The position numbers and the translations under genes are program-made. Shown here in pieces: positions 7,925 through 17,500 of a stretch of DNA of 64,000 nucleotides (its first letter is position 1; every line of letters starts with the position of its first letter). The notes below the pieces were generated by a model. That model worked only from the letters and a program-made list of their open reading frames with translations, was not told the origin of the DNA and made no database searches. The stretch comes from Lingula anatina (Eukaryota > Animalia > Brachiopoda): NCBI GenBank assembly GCA_051362555.1, contig CM120644.1, positions 8,564,954 through 8,628,953 on the forward strand. Reading direction: 5' to 3'.

Positions 7925-9496
7925 TCATCTATTCACACGTGCAGCTTGACAGACTTTCGCTACGTGCCCAATCTTACCACAAAAATAACAACTAAGACTG
8001 CGAGCGAAACAATTTTGTCTGAGATGTGTGTACTCACCACATCCTTGACATCTTGGCCATTTGTTCATCGGTTTTCTCTGTTGAAGACGTCCAGCTGATG
8101 GTGATTTGTAATCTGGGCGACGCTGATAAGTGTTGCGCTGGAGCATACGTCTTGGGCCGTTGACGTTGGTCGAGAACCTTCTGGGAGGCACAAAAGGGCT
8201 CGCTCTTGGAGGTGCCAAGTCTCTCTCATCGCTAGTCGGCCTCGGGTTCTGTACCATATGGATCGCCGACTCGGACGTACGTGCGTTGGTACGTACGACA
8301 TCACTGATGGCGGTTTGCAACGCGTCTATTTTTTCTGTTATGAGCTTTATGTCAGTCCGTTCGTTCCTTTTGGTCGGCTGCACCGCATTTTCCGCGATAC
8401 GCGCATGGTGCATCAGAGACTCAAAATCCGAGGGTTCCCTCTGTACTACAAAGGGGCGGATCTCGGGGAGCAAGCCATTCATGATCATCGTAAGAGCCGT
8501 TCCCTCATCCAGCCGTGCAAGCTTTGCGTCGTGCCTCATTGCCGCAATATAGTTCTGCACCGGTTCCTCTGGCAGCTGATGCCTTTTGAAAAATTCTGAG
8601 GCTCTCGCCCACGTTTCTCCGTCTCGTAGTTGGTATCGAGCACGGAATTCGCGGACGAGCAATTCCCAGTTCTTTTTCACTGTCGCTGGTAACGACTCAT
8701 ACCAGTCTATGGCCGATTGCTTAAGCAATAGAGGGAATATTGACGTTATTTGTTCTTCGGTCAGTTCTTTATAACTAACATAGTTCTTAAAATGGGTTAA
8801 CCATCTTTCTACGTCTTCATCTCTGGTACCCTTGAATTTTTCAGGGGCTAACCCTAAATCTGAGGCCATGTTAGTTTTTTTATTAGTTTTTTGGACTGTT
8901 AGTACACTGTTCGTCGCTACCCACGATGCTTTCTGGGGATCTTGCCTTAATGTATTCGGTGTCGTCCTCAGTGAGGTCGATGACGATTGGGGAGCTAGCA
9001 CGGCTTGTGTCGTCGTCGTCGTCGTCGTCGTCACTGATGACGATAGGGGATTCTGGGCGATTTGAGATCGACTGTCGTCCGTTACCCTCGAATCTGTTGT
9101 AAGTTTGGCTGATACAAATGTTCGCAACGGTGTCGCTTCTTTGAGAAAAACTGACGGTGACTGTTGTTGAATAACTTGATTTATCAGACTGCATTTGTGA
9201 ACACCAGTTTTTTTATATTTAATATCAAGTAGATTTTCGTCTTCGTCGGACGATTCACTGCTAGACAACGAAATGTCAGTTTTTTGTTTACTTTCGCCTT
9301 CTGATTTAGTTTCAATAGTTTTTGGCGCGAACGTACAAGTAAAACACGGCGTGCCCGTGAACAAAGTTGGTATTTTCTCAGGTTTTTGCGGCGTCTTACA
9401 CGTACCTTCAATTTCTGAGACCAACAGTTTTTTCTGTACCGCAATTCTCGTGTTCGCTGCCGGAGGACTCCAAGTCTCTGGTCGATCAGCTTGCAT
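7925..9496 (-). CDS. gag: Gag polyprotein (capsid-like region plus two CCHC zinc knuckles); core start probably ATG 8869, with an in-frame upstream ATG at 9496
   Basis: MASDLGLAPEKFKGTRDEDVERWL (F-x-G...W retrotransposon gag motif), LKQSAIDWY, QLPEEPVQNY, CQGCGEYTHLRQNC and CYFCGKIGHVAKVC. Confidence 0.92.
   Translation of the reverse strand: MQADRPETWSPPAANTRIAVQKKLLVSEIEGTCKTPQKPEKIPTLFTGTPCFTCTFAPKTIETKSEGESKQKTDISLSSSESSDEDENLLDIKYKKTGVHKCSLINQVIQQQSPSVFLKEATPLRTFVSAKLTTDSRVTDDSRSQIAQNPLSSSVTTTTTTTTQAVLAPQSSSTSLRTTPNTLRQDPQKASWVATNSVLTVQKTNKKTNMASDLGLAPEKFKGTRDEDVERWLTHFKNYVSYKELTEEQITSIFPLLLKQSAIDWYESLPATVKKNWELLVREFRARYQLRDGETWARASEFFKRHQLPEEPVQNYIAAMRHDAKLARLDEGTALTMIMNGLLPEIRPFVVQREPSDFESLMHHARIAENAVQPTKRNERTDIKLITEKIDALQTAISDVVRTNARTSESAIHMVQNPRPTSDERDLAPPRASPFVPPRRFSTNVNGPRRMLQRNTYQRRPDYKSPSAGRLQQRKPMNKWPRCQGCGEYTHLRQNCFARSLSCYFCGKIGHVAKVCQAARVNR
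8883..9194 (-). CDS. 103-aa leader ORF with two SUMO-interacting-motif-like sequences, overlapping the gag-frame extension
   Basis: ATG at 9194; stop ends at 8883, just upstream of the gag ATG at 8869. Contains SPIVISDDDDDDDD and SPIVIDLTEDD. Confidence 0.55.
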   Translation of the reverse strand: MQSDKSSYSTTVTVSFSQRSDTVANICISQTYNRFEGNGRQSISNRPESPIVISDDDDDDDDTSRASSPIVIDLTEDDTEYIKARSPESIVGSDEQCTNSPKN

Positions 9497-9530
9497 CAGT
9501 AGAGCCGGGACCGCCTTTTCCTCCACCACT

Positions 9531-10002
9531 TATTATAGTGACAACAACGACGATCTGGAGCTTCAGATATTTATTCCCCACACTCAATTTTTCACAGAAT
9601 CTACAAGTATTTATATTCTATTTTCCATTCTCATATTTCCCATTCTCATATTACAAAACTCTATTCAATATTTCCTAATTTAGTAATTTAAATGAAACTT
9701 GTTTATGATTTAAAATATTTAAAATATTTTCCGAATTACTCATTTTGGATCCTGTCCAATTCAAGTATACATGAGTTCTACACGTGTTAAACACGCGCAA
9801 ATCGATAGAAAAATTAACCAATCGGATCCAACTATTTCGGACTCTGAAACGTTCCACCCTTTCCATCTTCGAGAACAGTCTCTACACTCGTTGACACTTT
9901 AAGAAATTTACTTTGTACTCGATAACTTTCTACACATTTGATTCTGTTTTAATTGTTTTGTAATTGCCGAAAGTGTATGTCATTTGCTTTACAACACTGT
10001 CA
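9531..10002 (-). repeat. Putative 5' LTR of the Gypsy element
   Basis: Non-coding segment between a candidate PBS (TGGTGGAG, 9528-9521) and a host exon ending at 10109. AATAAA on the minus strand at 9575-9570; possible TGACA...TGTCA termini at 10002/9539. No second LTR is available in the window for confirmation. Confidence 0.4.
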
Positions 10003-10108
10003 CAAATCACGGCACGATCGAACACTTTAAAAAGTTATTCAGTTCATCTCAACTATCATGTATGTGAAACACGACTTGCATATATATATTATGCGGTAAA
10101 GCACTTAC

Positions 10109-13100
10109 TTTCCATCGAACGTCCTCATATGCGGGTCGTTGTTCGACATGCATACCTGGCCGATGGCATCTACATCCGTATCTAACACCGTAACCTGAAA
10201 ATGGTTTTTAAACTTTTGAAAACGTTAATATAAATGCTTAATTTTTAAAATCATAACATTTTAAACCAGCATTTTATTGCACACCGTATATGTAATTTGA
10301 TATTTGATTCCATTTAACTGTCATACGAATGCCATTTTTGGTATATTTTCTGAGTAAACACTGCAATTTATCTTGGGTGCATGATCAGTGTCTGTTTATC
10401 TGTTGGCCAGACTACTATGAGAAATTGTAGGGGAATATTTTACACCTAGTTGGTGCGTATGTGGAGAAAACTAACATAAAATGCCGTGCTGTGGATAGAT
10501 TCGGTCATACTTACAGGTATATCGGGCAGTGTATAGTCGTTCCATGCGGGATGAGTAGTGAATTCCCCAGTGTGTACCATAACTTTGGTGTTCGTGTGGC
10601 CGTCATACACGCCATCGACAACCGGAGCTATCTTGAAGGTGTGTGTTTTGTTCCAATTCATTGCGTTGATTTCTAATCTGCAAGGTGTCCTCTCAAACTC
10701 TGAGACAAACTCCAGTCTTTCTCCGCTACTACATAGTCGCTTCTTTGGGACAAGCGGGATTCTTATCTCCACTGGGAGTAGCTGCTCATGGCAATAGCTT
10801 TGGAGCTTCAGATCAGAACACAGGACAGGGACTGTTGGTTGGAGTCTTATTTCGGTTGAGACAACATCGCTTTCCTTCAAAACTATAGGCAGAGTGTTAA
10901 GCACCTGCAAATATAAGTTGCCTTAATTTTATGCAGTACTACTGGTATTTATTAACTGGTATTCTATATATACATGTACTGAATATCTGGGCGTTACATT
11001 TCTTTGTGAATGTGAAGCGGCGTTTAACTTTTGAATTGAGAAGTAGGTTCACATTGTTCTGCCCGGAAAGACCGAGTAAGCATCAATCGTTCTAGATTTT
11101 ATCATACCAGTTAGTGCAATAGAACACCTATATTTATTACATCCATAGGATTTTTACGTTAAGCCAGCGTCAGGAATTATGACCATGTGCAGCCTTTGGT
11201 ATCTCAATGATTTGGGGCAGGAGTGCACTTCGATGCTTTATATCAATAAACAGGCCGATTGAAAGAATGATGCAATATGTAACGCCAATCGTATCTTAAG
11301 TTTTATAGCAACTGTAACTACAAATTAATTTTCTTCTAGACAAATTGTGACAAAAACCTTCCAGTACAAATCAAAGAAAGACAAGTAAAATTCTCAACAT
11401 AACAAAATAAACAAAACGTGAAGGTAACTTCTTTTCTGGGGCGACCTCTTACTCTAAAATGACTGACGAATTTACATTAGCTCAAGTGAACATACACCAA
11501 AAATACACATTGGGCGAGCAAAAAAGATCCCTTAGCCTCTTTAGCCTTTGACTTTTAGGAGTGCACACGTTGTGAGGCTGTGCTTTCCTTTACCTTTAGT
11601 CCCGCAAAAAACTCCTCGCTTTTCAAAGGTGCACTTCGTCCACCATGTATTATTCCATTTTTCATGAACTTTGCCCGCACGGTGCACTTAACCTTGAACA
11701 AATGACAATTACCCAGTTATAAGGAGGCTAGATTTACCTATCATCTTTTAAACTTAGATTTGTTCCAATTTTTTGAAATTTGTCTTTTATCTCTGAACTT
11801 AATTTTAAAAGACAGTTGAGACCATTACTTACTTTAAACCCCAGTGAGTGCTTCCCAACCCAGTGGGATTCCTTTAACGTCGCTGGCATGTTTTTGGTGG
11901 GCATGTCCTCGTCTTCTAGTATCTTTTTGCCATCAAAAAACCAATACACGTCGAAGAACAGCTCTCCACGTTTTTCTTCGGCAATTTGACCATACTGTTG
12001 GTCGCACTTGAACACTATTTCTTTAAAACGCTTCCCCCACTGATTTTGTCTAATGCCTTCGCCGACGCTCACTTCTGGGATTTGAGTGATGTTGGGAAAT
12101 ACATCTGTGGAATGTAGTTGTGAACATAAAATTAAGTTGAAAAGCTATTTTAATGTAATCTGCTCATTTTGTACCATTATATATGTAATATGCTGAATAC
12201 ATGTACGTGCAGTATCGATAATAGGACATGCGGTTCTCTATCTTTCAAATTAAAAGGATTAAAGATTAAATTCGGTTGGTATTCAATGTTCTGAACCCAC
12301 AGCTCGTTAATTAGATTGTTAGGGAGCACACAGTTACATGGGCCACATTGGATAATTTTGTACCATCAGGGCCAAAGGTGAAAGTTGCATGCTTCTCACC
12401 TGTACATCCCGGTTGAAATCCAGTTTCAGACGTGTGGCCTGGTGGGCAAAGGACCTTGTCACCTAGAACATTTGTAGAAACAGGGATTGTTTTCACAATA
12501 CGTTTAACTGTCATAATATACAATGGCTTTGTCTTACAACTTGACTTTGAATAAAGTCTCAGAAAATTAGTTTTTATGTTTGCAGACATCAATTCTTGTC
12601 TCTGTCTTAGTCATCCAAAGCCTCCACATACAGACTTGACATTTAATATGGAATATTTTTTTCCAAATCATTTTTCATCAGTTTTTTCCTATTTTGCTGA
12701 CTGATAAATGAAAATAAGGCTTAAAATTGGGTTTTAATAACTTTTAATTATCCTTTTGATGTCATTGTGTCTTCAGTTAATTAATGGAATTCGCCAGAGA
12801 AGCAAACAAAAACACATTGCCTATTCTATGTCATACGACAACAATTAAAAGAGATATTTTGGATCACCATATTTTCCAAATTATTTTCTGTAAAAGAGTT
12901 ACACGCCTCACAAAGAACCCCCATGTCAGTGTCTAGTCACAGTAACGGTCGCTGTTACGCTTGACCTCTTCTGTCTGCTACCAGCGCTCTCAAGGGGCAA
13001 GGCATTCCTTGGGTTAGGTTTTTAGAGTTAAATCTGGAATAACATTCCAGGCATCGGTCAAAATCTGTCCAATTTGGTCCAGTTTTGTTGTAGGACATGT

Positions 13101-14517
13101 AGGCCATTGATTCGGCGAGTAATGGCCTACCCACATATTGTCTATGTGGTTCAAATGTGGCGATTTTGATTACCAAGGTAGCTGCTCATTCCCTTGGTTC
13201 TGTAAGTAATCTGCTTTAAAAAGTGCTCTGTGTGTACCGGCAATTTCAACCTGCAACCTAAAATTGTTCCTAAGGTGCCCCCTGTCAAATGATTGTCAAG
13301 TGGTTCCCAGATTATTCCTTTATTTGATCTGTTTCAGGTTTTCGTGGATGACCATCATTGGTGTTTTGGCACCAATGTGGTATCCGCTCCAATTACCGAC
13401 GCTGTTAATGAACTTAGTCACTTTAAACGCGGCACACGCTTAGTTGTTGGCCTCTTCTGGATGTCTGTAAATTCTGTTTTGACAAGTTGAGCGGTATAGG
13501 TGAAAACTGACCTCAATAAAGAAGGCCACGAGTTTTCAGTGTTCAACTCAGAAACAGTCAAGGTCCCCAATTCATTAGAGAAACATACAGCGATGTTTTG
13601 CTGTTTACAGTGGGTTCCCCCGAGGTCGTCTGGTATTCTAACCAGCTAAAACCAGTTTGGTGTTCGCTAAGGGCCTTGAAAAATGCGTTTTGGTGGCAAT
13701 TTACCCCTCATTCTGAACGGACTGGGTGGTTTTTGTTTAGTTGCAACAACATATCCCGACAGACAGTACGTCCTGTACCCTGGTGGTAAGATTTCAATAC
13801 ATTGGGTGTGGTCTCTGTGTAGGTGCATCAGTCTGGACATTACTCTATAAAACTGTGCGGACCGTTTCGTTTGGCGCAATTATCTGTCTGGCAATGCCTG
13901 GCTTTTTCGAGCCATTCTGCCACAGATTAACAAATTTGCGGAGCAGTGCATAGCTCATTTTACACCTTGCAAAACTGACCACTTGCATGCCAAATTTCAA
14001 ATTCTTCTATGCAGTAGTTACCGACATATGGATACTTTTTTGGAAGAACCATGCTTTGCCAAAGCCAAGCTTTGACCTGCCCAAAGGAGCACTACCCAAT
14101 TAAATCACTGCATATTACATAATGCAGCAGCGCAACAAACCTGGAATTCAGTGAATTGGAAGCGACACACCTGACTACACACCTCTCCATTCACATATCT
14201 TATATGAGATCTGAGTTTTTTGAAAAAAGGATGCATTTTTACCTAGGCATACCTTCGAAACTGAAATATTCCATATTAAATGTCAAGTCTGTATTATCTC
14301 AAATGCTTTTGGCTTGCACAAATAACGCAATTCTTATGTGTTAAATATGGTACCAAAACATTTATTCTATCTCGTCACATGTTTGACACAAACAATTAAA
14401 TCACTCACACTTTGACAATCCCATAACGTACCTATGCAGTAGCGTTCTGGACAATCCGACACTGATGGCAGCCTATATACCATAAACGTGGAACAGTTCT
14501 TGATTTGAATGTCGTAT

Positions 14518-14554
<37 letters not shown>

Positions 14555-17500
14555 TGCAATAGAAAAAAAGCAAGTACATAAATTTTTACAAGCACACAAT
14601 ATTCATTACAATACCAAAGTCCACAAGGATTTAACGAATAAGAAAATTATAGTCAATAATTTGTATACATGCAACTACACAAATCCATATATACCCCTCC
14701 ATTTCTGCCATATAACATTGAATTTATCTAAGTCTTGAGATACAATGTATTTTTGCTTATAGATTTTGTATATATTTTCTAAATAAAGTTGAAGTTTTGT
14801 GAGTAACAGTGCGTCTTTCTGACATTTTGTTTTGTATATGAAAAACTTAATGTGTATAGTCATGATTATATTGGATACATTACGTTCATTAATGTCAATT
14901 AAAATAAACTGTATATTACTGAAATTTAAATATATATTACAAGAAATTAACCATGCTTCTACTTGGCGTAAGAAGTTTTGTACAATATTACAATCCCAAA
15001 GTATATGATATATAGTTTCTACCTCCTCGTGGCAAAATGTACACATAGGTGATTGACTTAGGCCAGTTTTATATACAAAGTTATTTGTGGTGAGGATTCT
15101 ATAGAAAATTCGAAACTGGAACCACAGCATTTTTGTGTCCTTTACCGACACATTGGTTTTCTTATATATCTTTTCCCAAAAACTATGATCCCGAGGAGTA
15201 AAAATATTTGACCATTTTTCCTCAAAAATAGGCCTAACATTCGAGCTATTTAATATGTCGTACATATCTTTTGATCCCCTTGTTTGTCTTACAATAACTC
15301 GTATACCTTCTGGTTGCCACGGACCGTACATTTTGATTTTATGTGGATTGAATTTTTTTCTGTATAGATCATTTATTGTTGCGATAATACCATTGTATTG
15401 TAAAAAATTGATTTTAATATTGGAGAGTTCAGAAAATTCTTTATATGAATAAAGTCTACCTTTTTCATTGATAAGATCGTTCACTTGTCTAAATCCTTTA
15501 TCATACATCTCTTTATGGAACAGCGTCTCTTTATTTATCCTCAAAGAGTCACTGTACCATAAGGGGACTTTATTCAACTCGGTCATTTGTTCTTTTTTTT
15601 TCAACAATTCCTGCCAAGCTAAAAAAACATCCTTCCAAAATAAATTCTGTGTGCCTGTTTGACAGAAGCGCAAATATTCACAACCACAGTTTAGCATCAA
15701 GTCTAATTTATATCTATGCAAAAGGATATTTTGCCAAATACCCTCCCTATTTATCAACCGTCTCACCCAAGTTAATTTTAATGCCATTATTGTAGCTTCT
15801 ACGTTTATCATATTTAGTCCTCCATCTTTTATTTTTTTACATACTATTTCCCTTTTTACTTTATCCGGTTTACCTTTCCAAAGAAATCCAAAGATTAGCT
15901 TTTTTAGCTCCTTAATTATTTGGTTAGATGGGTTAGGCAGTGAAATAAAAAGATGGTTAAATTTCGATATTATGAGACTTTTAATCACTGTAATTCTGCC
16001 GACGGGGGTCAAAATTCGTCTTTCCCATAGTTTAAGTAATCGTTCAGTACTTTCAATTTTTCCCCGATAGTTCCTTTCACATATAGTATCTAGTTCGACA
16101 TAGAATTTAATACCTAATAATTTAAAAGACGTTGCACCCCATATTAATGTCCAATTTTTGCACAGTTTCTCATTTGAATTTTTTTTACTCCCTATCCAAA
16201 TAACCTGAGTTTTGTCATAATTTATTTTTAAACCCGAAATTTTTTCAAACCATCTTAGATCCTGTAGGGAGGCGTTAAGGGATTGTTCAGAACCATCTAA
16301 GATTAAGGACGTGTCATCTGCATATTGCGATATTTTGTATTCATTTTCCCCAATTTGTATTCCTTTAATTTGAGGGTTATTCTTTATGCTTACCGAAAGA
16401 ATTTCAGAACATAACAAAAATAAATATGGTGATATCGGATCACCTTGTCTCAGTCCACGCTGTGGTTGAAACATTTCGGATAAATGACCTCCTTGATTTA
16501 CTCTTGAAGTAATGTTTTTATAAAAGGTTTTAATGTAATTTATTATGTCTGGACCAAAATTAAAGAAAATAAGAACTTGATTTAGAAAGTCCCATGATAT
16601 ACTATCGAATGCCTTCTCAAAATCTATTAGAAGTAATATTCCAGGTACATGGTTTTCCTCAGTATACTGCATGAGATCATAGATTAAACGAGTATTTTCC
16701 CCTATGTATCTTCCTTTTAGGAAACCAGTCTGTTCTTTACTTATCAGTTTATCCAATACCGTTTTTATTCTACTTGATACGACACCTGAGGCAATCTTGT
16801 AAACGGTATTCAATAGTGTAATAGGGCGCCAATTTTTTAAAAATTGTTTTGGTCTATCCTCCTTTGGAATGCATGTTATGATTCCCTCCCTTTGGGTGAC
16901 AGAGAGCTGCCCATGTGTAAGACCATAATTTAAAGATCGTATAACAAAGGTCCCTACTTTCGCCCAAAAAAACTTTAAGAATTCCACAGTAAATCCGTCC
17001 GAACCTGGACTTTTATCGTTTCTCATTTTTGTGAGGAATATCTTGGCTTCAACATTAGTTATTGGACCTTCTAGGCTTTCCCTCTCATCTGTAGTCAGTT
17101 TTGGTACATTAAAATCTTTTAAATTTGTTTGCCAATCAATATCAGCACACTGTGTATTTTCTGAGTACAATTTTTCGTAAAACTTTTTTGTTTCTTTTAA
17201 GATTTCATTCTGCTCAGTAATATATTCATTTTCACCAACCTGTAGTCGGGGAATAATTTTTTGTGTAAATTTTCTTTTTTCAAGGCTCAAAAAATATTTT
17301 GTGGGTTTTTCTCCCTCAGTTAACCATTTCTCGCGCGATCTAATAATACTACCTTTTAACCTTGCACTTCTCATCTCAACTAACTGTTGTTTTTTCCTTT
17401 CTAATTCTAGTTGAAGACGGGCATCACACTTTTCATAATCTTCTGTTAATTGTTCTATTTCTTTCATAAGCCCTTTTTCTACCTCTTGTAATTTTTTCTT

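Larger units (their letters stand above)
92..10002 (-). mobile_element. env-containing Ty3/Gypsy LTR retroelement (errantivirus-like); 3' LTR probably lies beyond the left edge of the window
   Basis: Minus-strand order gag (2x CCHC) - aspartic protease (LVDTGA) - RT (YIDD) - RNase H - integrase (HHCC, DDE, GPY/F) - chromodomain - env - extra ORF. The PR-RT-RH-IN order is diagnostic of Ty3/Gypsy. Outer boundaries are approximate. Confidence 0.93.

Noticed and set aside
9184-9444. Very basic 86-aa ORF in the retroelement leader (Tat/Rev-like?)
   Set aside because: Starts at TTG with no ATG; the basic composition is expected from an A-rich alternative frame of the gag extension.
11594-11692. 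Suspected frameshift in a VWDE-like exon
   Set aside because: Re-reading gives a clean 99-nt phase 0-0 exon (VKCTVRAKFMKNGIIHGGRSAPLKSEEFFAGLK).
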